From Oceanispirochaeta sp. (GTDB lineage Bacteria > Spirochaetota > Spirochaetia > DSM-2461), in the NCBI GenBank assembly GCA_963666275.2, contig CAXXOA010000001.1, positions 1,024,001 to 1,088,000 of the forward strand: a DNA stretch of 64,000 nucleotides, given 5' to 3'. The notes beneath the pieces were generated by a model that did no database searches, was not told the origin of the DNA, and saw only the letters and a program-made list of their open reading frames with translations. Positions 30,051-39,486 of the stretch are shown here, piece after piece. How positions within the stretch are numbered: position 1 is the stretch's first letter; each line of letters opens with the position of its first letter. The position numbers were made by a program, and so were the translations under genes.

Positions 30051-31736
30051 CTAAATTGCCTCGAAAAATATCAACTCTACATCGTAGCCAATCATATCTA
30101 ATCTTTCGTAGAACATATTTAAATTTATCTTACTAAATAATGGAATTGAAAAACTTCCACTTCTATCCTTTTTTGTTATGATACCATATGCAATAATATA
30201 GTTGCTTTTATCAAAACGGTCTAAAGTTGAAAAATGAAGTACTGTATTTGAGATTATAGTATTGGCCTCAATCCTAAAATTCTTATCGTTTAATCTTTCA
30301 CCAGAAACAAGTCCTTGGCTAAACAAATGACTTAATGCACTTGAACCATATTTGAATTTATTATGTAGTAATACAATTTTTCCATTTTCTTTAAAAATCA
30401 CATCACAAATTTCAGTTTTCTTTATAAGTTTTGTATCTAGAAGATCTGCATCATATGAGTTTTTCAAAAATGATGATAAATCTGAGTTATAAACGAATTC
30501 TTTATTCTTATTTTGTTTTTTTGCCTTAAGCCCAATTGCAGATATATTATATGGAAAACTAATATTACGACTTTGACTGATAATGCTTTGATATTTTGCA
30601 TCTACAACTGATATAAAATCATTATTTACTTTGTACCAAACCCCACTTTCTATAAAATAATGTGTATTTTGGTGATTTATATCAAAATAAAGACATTGAT
30701 ATACCTTTTGGGAGAATCTATCTCTATTTGTATTTATATCAACAGCAATTACCTGTTGTCTTTTTATATCATCGACTGATAATGTTAAGTTTTGAACTTT
30801 CGGATAATACTGATCGATTATGTCTAACTCTGGATATCTTGATGTATCAGACCGTCTGGGGGTAATACTTGAATAGCGATAGTAAATTGGTGCATTTTTA
30901 TCTAGGGTTTCAGGAAATGAGAGTAATATGTTTTGATTTTTCTTATTTAATTCATCGACTAATAATTCATCAAGCTTTGAAATCAATCCTTTATCCTTTA
31001 TGATTCGGAAATTATCTACCCAATCAAAACCTTTCCTTCTATAGTCATCAAGTTGATACTTTTCTATTAACATATTAACTATTGATAACAGCTCACTCGA
31101 ATCTCCTGAGTATGAAAACTTAATACTATCTGCACCATCAATATTCTTAAAATAGTCTTCAAATTCGGCTTTTACTTTTCCAGCAATATTTTTTAGTAAT
31201 GAGTTATATATATTTATTTCGTACTCATCAAATTTCGTTTGTTTTCCTGATTGTTTTCTTGTACGTAAAGCTATTTCAGATGGTGTAAATAGATCGGCTG
31301 ATTTTATTTTCTCTTCATCTAATAAGTTTAATGCTGTTTTCAATCCGAAATCATATTCTATTGCTATGGGATTAATTAAAAAGCGGCCGTGCCCATGTGC
31401 AATAATTACTTTTTTTCCATTTATCTCTTTCAAGATAATTAAATCCGTTGATTTATTTTCTAGATTTGGTTCTGGAATTTGCCAAAAATCTTTCCACCAA
31501 GGATTTGGATTATCAGAATTACGGTAATAAACATTATGTGTTGAGGTCGACTTATGAATCGGCCTAAATTCTATTTTTCTATCCACTAGGAATCTATGTA
31601 TTAAGTTGTCATTATTTGTTGAGACACCATTATTGAAGACGCTTCTATTGTTTACAATTACTGAGCTATTCTGAACAGAATATCGTTCATTAAAATTATA
31701 TCCATCTTTTACGAGGTAAATAGTAAATCTAGGCAT
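30051..31736 (-). CDS. DUF6119/TIGR04141-like sporadically distributed protein (cassette 3)
   Basis: DFGLKTALN, EICD..H.K..GSSALSHLFSQG.VS, IPLFSKINL. Confidence 0.78.
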   Translation of the reverse strand: MPRFTIYLVKDGYNFNERYSVQNSSVIVNNRSVFNNGVSTNNDNLIHRFLVDRKIEFRPIHKSTSTHNVYYRNSDNPNPWWKDFWQIPEPNLENKSTDLIILKEINGKKVIIAHGHGRFLINPIAIEYDFGLKTALNLLDEEKIKSADLFTPSEIALRTRKQSGKQTKFDEYEINIYNSLLKNIAGKVKAEFEDYFKNIDGADSIKFSYSGDSSELLSIVNMLIEKYQLDDYRRKGFDWVDNFRIIKDKGLISKLDELLVDELNKKNQNILLSFPETLDKNAPIYYRYSSITPRRSDTSRYPELDIIDQYYPKVQNLTLSVDDIKRQQVIAVDINTNRDRFSQKVYQCLYFDINHQNTHYFIESGVWYKVNNDFISVVDAKYQSIISQSRNISFPYNISAIGLKAKKQNKNKEFVYNSDLSSFLKNSYDADLLDTKLIKKTEICDVIFKENGKIVLLHNKFKYGSSALSHLFSQGLVSGERLNDKNFRIEANTIISNTVLHFSTLDRFDKSNYIIAYGIITKKDRSGSFSIPLFSKINLNMFYERLDMIGYDVELIFFEAI

Positions 31737-31844
31737 ACATCCTCCAATAAACTGCTAAACAATATTGTCTTTCTATTTGCCCTTTGTCGACATAACGCAT
31801 TCCTTAACACAAATATTTGTATAGAATGTATTTAACAGCTAATT

Positions 31845-32465
31845 TTATCTTAGCCTGTCAAAGCTTTCTGCTAGCCAGTAATCCTTAAAAACCAATGATA
31901 ATAATTGCTCAGGAATTTCATCCGATATTTTTACAAATGAAATTTCCCAATATTCAATCCCATTAGAATTATCAAGGTTAAAATTATATAATCGCCCAGA
32001 ATCAATCTCTTTTTCGTTATATTGCATGTAAATATCATAATCATAAGAGAAGTCCCTATAATGTGTAACTGGTTTCGTCGGGAATCTCATAATCATTTTC
32101 GAATCGGTGATTATTCTTTGATTAATACTTGTTTCTGAAAGATTACCAGGAGATAAAGTCGCTTGATCTTCAAATATTTGATGCATCTCATTAGCGGAAA
32201 ATTGAAAAATAGCGACAACTGTATGAAAATCTTCATATTTATAACGGTAGTAATCTTCTAATTGAGGATGACATACATGATTGTAAACTAAAAAAACGTT
32301 CTGTATACCTGCCAAATCAAAATTCAACTTCCCTTCAGATCTCATCTGATAAAATTTCTGAAGACTTTCGTCACTAATGACATAGAGTCCATTAACATTT
32401 TGTGCAGATAAATAATTTGATAGAATTATTGAGAATGTGATGAATAATAATATACTTCTTTTCAT
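31845..32465 (-). CDS. Secreted hypothetical protein (cassette 3)
   Basis: Signal-peptide-like N-terminus; GGAGAG RBS. Confidence 0.7.
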   Translation of the reverse strand: MKRSILLFITFSIILSNYLSAQNVNGLYVISDESLQKFYQMRSEGKLNFDLAGIQNVFLVYNHVCHPQLEDYYRYKYEDFHTVVAIFQFSANEMHQIFEDQATLSPGNLSETSINQRIITDSKMIMRFPTKPVTHYRDFSYDYDIYMQYNEKEIDSGRLYNFNLDNSNGIEYWEISFVKISDEIPEQLLSLVFKDYWLAESFDRLR

Positions 32466-32547
32466 ATATATCTCTCTCCAAAATTATTTTATATTTTCCA
32501 TATTTCACAAAAACTAATTTCTTGAACAAACACGGTACTTTCTGTCG

Positions 32548-32713
32548 ACATAACACCAAAATATGCTGCGAAGCGACCTGGCTTGCCAGGTATAGGCGCT
32601 TTTCTTGCACCTTTATTCTAAACAGCAATTCCTTTTTTGAGAAGGACAATTCCTTTGACGAAGCCGTTTCTGCAAGAAATGTGATCTATAGCTTCGACTG
32701 CATCATTTTTTTG
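32548..32713 (-). other. Long attC site (~172 bp reconstituted) interrupted by intron E
   Basis: ACATAAC...branched hairpin...TTTG | TTATGC (34703). Confidence 0.85.
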
Positions 32714-34702
32714 GTACGCCCGACATGGCAATAAACTTATGAGGTGAAAGTCCTCTACAGCTACCCACGTATAGTAAACATGCTATACCAACTGTTAGCC
32801 GACGGCAAGGGCAATTCCGTGAGGAATTGTCTGGAGGAAGCCTGAGTGCAAAACCGGGAGCCCATGTACAAGAATGTGATAGAAGGCCCAGTTCTGGAGG
32901 TGAGTCAGCCAATGATGACGATGCCCCGTGGGTGAGGGATAGGGTAAATCACAGGGTTGTCCGGGGAATGTTTATTGTCTTATTCGGGGAGATCTGTCTG
33001 CAAGGCGGTAACGGCGGTTTGACCGTGAGAATCCGGAGGATACCGGGGTAATAAATCCAAGCCTATCAGGGGATGACACTCTGATAAGGAGCCGTTTATA
33101 CGGAACACAAAGAAGTCGTCACAGCGATTCAAACCGGATGATACAGCGTCAGCAGGAGTAATTCTACTGATAAGCAGACAGAAGTCAGCAGAAGGCATAG
33201 TAGCCAACGCCCGGAGTAATGTCCGGTTCATGGTGAAGGTCTGAACATTTCACAAGGAGGAGCCTTATGGTTCTCAAAGGAACAATTTCAGTTTATGCCG
33301 GAATCACTTTTGGCGGACCATGGAGAAACCAGCCTTGAACGAATCTATGATGGATTTGATTTTATCCTCTGAAAATATGCACAAAGCCTGGAAACAGGTC
33401 AAACGCAATGGAGGTAGCCCTGGAATCGACGGTATCACTGTCGAGAAGTTTCCAGGATATCTGAAAACCAGATGGCCTAGAATCAAACGAGCTTTGCTCA
33501 ACGGGTACTATGTACCTTCTCCGGTGCTGAGGGTAGAAATCCCGAAGAAATCCGGAGGAAAACGGATGCTGGGAATCCCGACAGTTCTAGACAGGGTTAT
33601 CCAGCAGGCTATTTCACAGGTTCTGAATCCCATATTTGATCCGGATTTCTCGGAGCATAGCTATGGATTCAGACCGGGAAGATCGGCTCACGGAGCGGTG
33701 AAACAGGTAAATCAACATGTCAAATCCGGGTATAGATACGCCGTGGATCTGGACTTGGAAAAGTTCTTTGATACAGTTAATCATGATATCCTGATGCATT
33801 TTGTGGCTGTAAAAGTCTGGGACAAATCTGTCCTCAGACTCATCGGCCGTTACCTGAGAGCCGGTATTCAGTTGGACAATGGAAAAGTGATTCCTACAGA
33901 CATCGGCACACCCCAAGGCGGGCCCTTATCACCTCTGCTTTCCAATATCCTCCTTGATCGGTTGGATATGGAACTGGAGAGAAGAAATGTGAGGTTCGCA
34001 CGGTATGCAGATGACACTATCCTTTTAACGAAGAGATTGTGTGATGCTAGGAAGATCCTACAGGAAGTTTCAATATTTCTGGTAAGGAAATTGAAATTGG
34101 TAGTGAATCAGGAGAAAACGAAAGTTGCAAAGATAAGGGAGTGCAGTTTCCTGGGATTCACATTCAAGGGTAAGAAGATTCGCTGGACAGAGTCGTCCTT
34201 TGAGGATTTTCGGTATCATCTGAAATATCTGACAAGGCGTTCCTGGGGTGTTTCCATGGAATACAGAATCGGGAAACTCAATGAGTATATCCGGGGCTGG
34301 ATGAACTACTATGGGATCTCCCAATATTACAGCCCTTTACAGAACCTTGATGACTGGCTCCGTAGGAGGATTCGCATGTGTTACTGGAAACAGTGGCGAT
34401 ATCCCAGAACGAAAGTCAGGAAACTGATGGAACTGGGGATTCCGAAAGATTTTGCCATTATCACCGGTGCCAGTAGTAAATCCTATTGGCATCTCTCCAA
34501 GTCTTACGCTACCAATGCAGCTATGTCCAATAAATGGCTGGAAGAGCAGGGATTGGTCAATATCAAATATCTGTGGTGTAAAGCCCAGGGATATATCTGA
34601 TCAAATCAGGATTTCGTTTGCTCCATGGAGTGAACCGCCCCGTGCGGACCCGCATGCGGGGTGGTGTGGGGGCTGGAGGTTAAAAGCCTCCGGCTACCCG
34701 AT
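32714..34702 (+). mobile_element. Group IIC-attC intron, species 1, copy E (1989 bp)
   Basis: GTACG...CCCGAT. Confidence 0.95.
33320..34600 (+). CDS. ltrA: Group II intron RT/maturase (426 aa)
   Basis: YADD. Confidence 0.95.
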   Translation: MEKPALNESMMDLILSSENMHKAWKQVKRNGGSPGIDGITVEKFPGYLKTRWPRIKRALLNGYYVPSPVLRVEIPKKSGGKRMLGIPTVLDRVIQQAISQVLNPIFDPDFSEHSYGFRPGRSAHGAVKQVNQHVKSGYRYAVDLDLEKFFDTVNHDILMHFVAVKVWDKSVLRLIGRYLRAGIQLDNGKVIPTDIGTPQGGPLSPLLSNILLDRLDMELERRNVRFARYADDTILLTKRLCDARKILQEVSIFLVRKLKLVVNQEKTKVAKIRECSFLGFTFKGKKIRWTESSFEDFRYHLKYLTRRSWGVSMEYRIGKLNEYIRGWMNYYGISQYYSPLQNLDDWLRRRIRMCYWKQWRYPRTKVRKLMELGIPKDFAIITGASSKSYWHLSKSYATNAAMSNKWLEEQGLVNIKYLWCKAQGYI

Positions 34703-34809
34703 TTATGCCTCTCTATTCTACGAGGTAAATTAATAATGCACAAATAAATTCATTTGGTAATTATTGTAAAAGGCAAAGATGTTTCAGTGACGCATCATAT
34801 AAATTTTTG

Positions 34810-35337
34810 TTATGTGCTGAACCGTTCACGCGTTATATCAAGCAGTTGTGTAACAGGTATCTTCTCATTAGTCTCATCATTGAAAACATATTCATCTACC
34901 ATTCTATCGATAAACAAAACCCCATCTAAATGGTCAATTTCATGTTGAAAGCACCGAGCCATTTGATCATTTGTCACAATTATATGAAAATCTCCGAATC
35001 TATCCTGATATTTGACTGTTATTTCTTTATAGCGAATGACCTTTCCCCAAAAACCTGGCAGCGAAAGACATCCTTCAAGATCTGATTGTTCTCCTGATTT
35101 CTCCAATATTTCAGGATTAATTAATTCATAATGCTCTCCCATATAATCAATCACTGTTATTCTTTTTAAAATAGATATTTGTGGTGCTGCCAGTGCTGCA
35201 CCACCAGCGTGATTTCTTAATGTATTTGATATAATATCAATCTTATTGTGTAGTCCTTTATGAAATATATTGATAAGCGAACATTGAGCTCTTAAACGAC
35301 TATCTCCGAATAGTATAATATTTCTTTGTTTACTCAT
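34810..35337 (-). CDS. def: Peptide deformylase (cassette 2)
   Basis: GAALAAPQ, EGCLS, HEIDHLDG; start uncertain (35337, 35355 or 35373). Confidence 0.92.
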   Translation of the reverse strand: MSKQRNIILFGDSRLRAQCSLINIFHKGLHNKIDIISNTLRNHAGGAALAAPQISILKRITVIDYMGEHYELINPEILEKSGEQSDLEGCLSLPGFWGKVIRYKEITVKYQDRFGDFHIIVTNDQMARCFQHEIDHLDGVLFIDRMVDEYVFNDETNEKIPVTQLLDITRERFST

Positions 35338-35433
35338 ATAAAGTCTATCCTTCATGTCTAAACGGCTTTGCACATAACGTCCAAGACTATACTAAGTATT
35401 TACCAAATAGGGGTAAATATCCAGCTCTTGTAG

Positions 35434-35528
35434 GCATAACACCGACTTAAGTAGCAGACCGTTAGCTGGCGCACTTTTTGCGGATAGCAAAAATGTGTGA
35501 CAGTAGGGCTGACTACTTCAAGTCAATG
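35434..35528 (-). other. attC site interrupted by intron F
   Basis: GCATAAC acc GACTT AAGTAG...CTACTT c AAGTC aat G | TTATGT (37560), with extrahelical bases. Confidence 0.9.
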
Positions 35529-37559
35529 GTACGCCTGACATGGCAATAAACTTATGAGGTGAAAGTCCTCTACAGCTACCCACGTATAGTAAACATGCTA
35601 TACCAACTGTTAGCCGACGGCAAGGGCAATTCCGTGAGGAATTGTCTGGAGGAAGCCTGAGTGCAAAACCGGGAGCCCATGTACAAGAATGTGATAGAAG
35701 GCCCAGTTCTGGAGGTGAGTCAGCCAATGATGACGATGCCCCGTGGGTGAGGGATAGGGTAAATCACAGGGTTGTCCGGGGAATGTTTATTGTCTTATTC
35801 GGGGAGATCTGTCTGCAAGGCGGTAACGGCGGTTTGACCGTGAGAATCCGGAGGATACCGGGGTAATAAATCCAGGCCTATCAGGGGATGACACTCTGAT
35901 AAGGAGCCGTTTATACGGAACACAAAGAAGTCGTCACAGCGATTCAAACCGGATGATACAGCGTCAGCAGGAGTAATTCTACTGATAAGCAGACAGAAGT
36001 CAGCAGAAGGCATAGTAGCCAACGCCCGGAGTAATGTCCGGTTCATGGTGAAGGTCTGAACATTTCACAAGGAGGAGCCTTATGGTTCTCAAAGGAACAA
36101 TTTCAGTTTATGCCGGAATCACTTTTGGCGGACCATGGAGAAACCAGCCTTGAACGAATCTATGATGGATTTGATTTTATCCTCTGAAAATATGCACAAA
36201 GCCTGGAAACAGGTCAAACGCAATGGAGGTAGCCCTGGAATCGACGGTATCACTGTCGAGAAGTTTCCAGGATATCTGAAAACCAGATGGCCTAGAATCA
36301 AACGAGCTTTGCTCAACGGGTACTATGTACCTTCTCCGGTGCTGAGGGTAGAAATCCCGAAGAAATCCGGAGGCTGGTCGCAAACAAGTTTGCTGCTCGC
36401 CCATGCAACCGGGGGAAAACGGATGCTGGGAATCCCGACAGTTCTAGACAGGGTTATCCAGCAGGCTATTTCACAGGTTCTGAATCCCATATTTGATCCG
36501 GATTTCTCGGAGCATAGCTATGGATTCAGACCGGGAAGATCGGCTCACGGAGCGGTGAAACAGGTAAATCAACATGTCAAATCCGGGTATAGATACGCCG
36601 TGGATCTGGACTTGGAAAAGTTCTTTGATACAGTTAATCATGATATCCTGATGCATTTTGTGGCTGTAAAAGTCTGGGACAAATCTGTCCTCAGACTCAT
36701 CGGCCGTTACCTGAGAGCCGGTATTCAGTTGGACAATGGAAAAGTGATTCCTACAGACATCGGCACACCCCAAGGCGGGCCCTTATCACCTCTGCTTTCC
36801 AATATCCTCCTTGATCGGTTGGATATGGAACTGGAGAGAAGAAATGTGAGGTTCGCACGGTATGCAGATGACACTATCCTTTTAACGAAGAGATTGTGTG
36901 ATGCTAGGAAGATCCTACAGGAAGTTTCAATATTTCTGGTAAGGAAATTGAAATTGGTAGTGAATCAGGAGAAAACGAAAGTTGCAAAGATAAGGGAGTG
37001 CAGTTTCCTGGGATTCACATTCAAGGGTAAGAAGATTCGCTGGACAGAGTCGTCCTTTGAGGATTTTCGGTATCATCTGAAATATCTGACAAGGCGTTCC
37101 TGGGGTGTTTCCATGGAATACAGAATCGGGAAACTCAATGAGTATATCCGGGGCTGGATGAACTACTATGGGATCTCCCAATATTACAGCCCTATACAGA
37201 ATCTTGATGACTGGCTCCGTAGGAGGATTCGCATGTGCTACTGGAAACAGTGGCGATATCCCAGAACGAAAGTCAGGAAACTGATGGAACTGGGAATTCC
37301 GAAAGATTTTGCCATTATCACCGGTGCCAGTAGTAAATCCTATTGGCATCTCTCCAAGTCTTACGCTACCAATGCAGCTATGTCCAATAAATGGCTGGAA
37401 GAGCAGGGATTGGTCAATATCAAATATCTGTGGTGTAAAGCCCAGGGATATATCTGATCAAATCAGGATTTCGTTTGCTCCATGGAGTGAACCGCCCCGT
37501 GCGGACCCGCATGCGGGGTGGTGTGGGGGCTGGAGGTTAAAAGCCTCCGGCTACCCGAT
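35529..37559 (+). mobile_element. Group IIC-attC intron, species 1, copy F (2031 bp)
   Basis: GTACG...CCCGAT. Confidence 0.95.
36135..37457 (+). CDS. ltrA: Group II intron RT/maturase with 14-aa insert
   Basis: YADD. Confidence 0.95.
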   Translation: MEKPALNESMMDLILSSENMHKAWKQVKRNGGSPGIDGITVEKFPGYLKTRWPRIKRALLNGYYVPSPVLRVEIPKKSGGWSQTSLLLAHATGGKRMLGIPTVLDRVIQQAISQVLNPIFDPDFSEHSYGFRPGRSAHGAVKQVNQHVKSGYRYAVDLDLEKFFDTVNHDILMHFVAVKVWDKSVLRLIGRYLRAGIQLDNGKVIPTDIGTPQGGPLSPLLSNILLDRLDMELERRNVRFARYADDTILLTKRLCDARKILQEVSIFLVRKLKLVVNQEKTKVAKIRECSFLGFTFKGKKIRWTESSFEDFRYHLKYLTRRSWGVSMEYRIGKLNEYIRGWMNYYGISQYYSPIQNLDDWLRRRIRMCYWKQWRYPRTKVRKLMELGIPKDFAIITGASSKSYWHLSKSYATNAAMSNKWLEEQGLVNIKYLWCKAQGYI

Positions 37560-39314
37560 TTATGTCTTATCTTCAATTAATAATGAATCTTTAACGATCT
37601 CGACATAATTAACTTTGTCTTTTTTTAAATCTTTCAAATATTGGTCTAGCTTCATTTTATAAATAAACAAAATATCATTTATATTGTAATTATTTTTAAG
37701 ATCTTTAGAGATACAAGTAAGAATTACATCATAATAATAGTGTAGATTTTCAATCAATGTTTCCAATTGATACGGTGTCTTTCCTGAGTGAACAATAAGG
37801 TTTCTAGCACGATAAATTCTTTTAATCTGCCAGTGAACTCTTTTAATATGATTTTCAACAATTCTGGACAATTTTTTCCCATCTTTAAAAATATCAGAAT
37901 AATACTTGATTCTTTCCTGAAGTAAAATGTTATTATCTAGAAGACTAATAATCTCAGAGTATTCTGAAACTTCATCACCTCTGATTAGAATTTTGATTAC
38001 AGCAATGTTATTAAACTTATCAATTCGTTTTAGTGCTTGATTTAACTTATTTTTATTTATTGAGTTATCAATAGATTGTCTAATATTATTAACAATCTTA
38101 AAAACATAATTGTCTGTTATGATAGGAATTATTGACTCTGACAATTGTTCAATCTTAGCCTTATCTCCTTTTGTTATTATTGGAATAAGAACTTCAATTC
38201 CACTCCATAAATTAATTAATTGATTTTCATATGATGATGACTTAATTGCAGAAAAATGATTTTGAATTGATAAATCTACACGCTGTTGGGAATTTGGATC
38301 AATTTTCTGATTTGCAAAAGGATAAAGCAATTTTTCAAAAGATTTTTCAAATGAAACTTTATTTATTTTATCTGGTCTTCGAAAAATAGGACTTACAATG
38401 TCATTTACTAAATAGTTGTTTCCTTTCTCATTAAATACAATTGCTTTACTACTAATACTGAAATTATCTTTATGTACTAAGAAACAGGAATTTGAATAAA
38501 TACTTTCAAGAATATATCTTGCCTTAATATAAGCTTTAAATCTATCTAAAGATTCAAATTTAAATTTGTAATAAGTTTTACTCTTTTTGAAGAAATTTTG
38601 GTTAATCCGATCTGATAAATCAATATCTGTTTGAGAAATATCTTCAATTAATTCAACGAAATCATTATTAAGAAATTTCTTAATTTTTCTTATATCTTTA
38701 CTAACTTCAATATAAACAATGAAATCCTTACTTTCCAAATCAAATTCATCTATAAAAGCTATGTAAGATTCAATATTTTTTACTTTTTTCTGTTGAAAAA
38801 TTATATCCAGTGTTAAGTTTATGAATTCTGTTGAGTAACCAAAAGCTTTAAGCTGAATTAAAAGATATTTTGTTAATCGTCTAATTTCTTCATAATTCTT
38901 TGAAATAATATTTTCTTTTAAAAGTTCGACTATCGTTTGGTAATAAATACTGTCAAGTTTTCTTTTTATAAATGAAAAATAATTTTTAAGTTCGTTAATT
39001 GACATTTTAGAGTTTAGCTTTGAAATTAGTGAATTATAATTTATTCCAAAAACCTTTTTTACTACTGAGTCTTTTATCACAATGTCTTGTAATTCATTTA
39101 CAATGCTTTTAATTGCATTTTCATTAATCATTTCAGCTTCAATATGTTCGATAGTCTTTATTGCTTCATCTAAAAGAGTTATAAAATTGTGGGCTGGAAG
39201 TTTGAAACTATCTATTGTGTAATAAAATAAAAGTTCTTCAGAAATCTGATAAAAATAGAGCAATCCAATATTTGCATCTTTATTATCCCAGTTGTCAATA
39301 TTCTTTTCTTTCAT
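37560..39314 (-). CDS. ApeA-like HEPN-domain protein (cassette 1)
   Basis: LINLWSGIE.L..IYRARNLIVHSG (RxxxxH); stop overlaps R''. Confidence 0.7.
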   Translation of the reverse strand: MKEKNIDNWDNKDANIGLLYFYQISEELLFYYTIDSFKLPAHNFITLLDEAIKTIEHIEAEMINENAIKSIVNELQDIVIKDSVVKKVFGINYNSLISKLNSKMSINELKNYFSFIKRKLDSIYYQTIVELLKENIISKNYEEIRRLTKYLLIQLKAFGYSTEFINLTLDIIFQQKKVKNIESYIAFIDEFDLESKDFIVYIEVSKDIRKIKKFLNNDFVELIEDISQTDIDLSDRINQNFFKKSKTYYKFKFESLDRFKAYIKARYILESIYSNSCFLVHKDNFSISSKAIVFNEKGNNYLVNDIVSPIFRRPDKINKVSFEKSFEKLLYPFANQKIDPNSQQRVDLSIQNHFSAIKSSSYENQLINLWSGIEVLIPIITKGDKAKIEQLSESIIPIITDNYVFKIVNNIRQSIDNSINKNKLNQALKRIDKFNNIAVIKILIRGDEVSEYSEIISLLDNNILLQERIKYYSDIFKDGKKLSRIVENHIKRVHWQIKRIYRARNLIVHSGKTPYQLETLIENLHYYYDVILTCISKDLKNNYNINDILFIYKMKLDQYLKDLKKDKVNYVEIVKDSLLIEDKT

Positions 39315-39330
39315 AATTATTCCTATATAG

Positions 39331-39374
39331 ACATAACATAACTTATTATGCTGTTCAGTATAATAATACTGAAC
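39331..39374 (-). other. attI region; crossover G|TTATGT at 39337/39336
   Basis: GTTATGTCT matches the cassette 1 R'' at 37560; adjacent to intI; no attC hairpin. Confidence 0.8.
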
Positions 39375-39407
39375 TCCCTTTTACCCTCTGTCAATAACGA
39401 AAAAATA

Positions 39408-39463
39408 ATAGTTATCTAGACATTGAAGCAGTGATAACATTCTCAGCGTATAGTTATCTAGAC
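39408..39463 (+). repeat. Two perfect 14-bp direct repeats ATAGTTATCTAGAC upstream of intI
   Basis: 39408-39421 and 39450-39463. Confidence 0.85.
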
Positions 39464-39486
39464 GTCTATATAATTATGAGGTTGGC

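Noticed and set aside
14490..37457. RTs as retron, DGR or defence RTs
   Set aside because: Each lies within GTACG...CCCGAT with a domain V/VI and a maturase domain, so they are group II intron proteins.
39363..39394. Pc promoter (TTGACA on the - strand at 39394-39389)
   Set aside because: The best -10 (TATTAT) is 20 bp away, so the spacing does not support a call.
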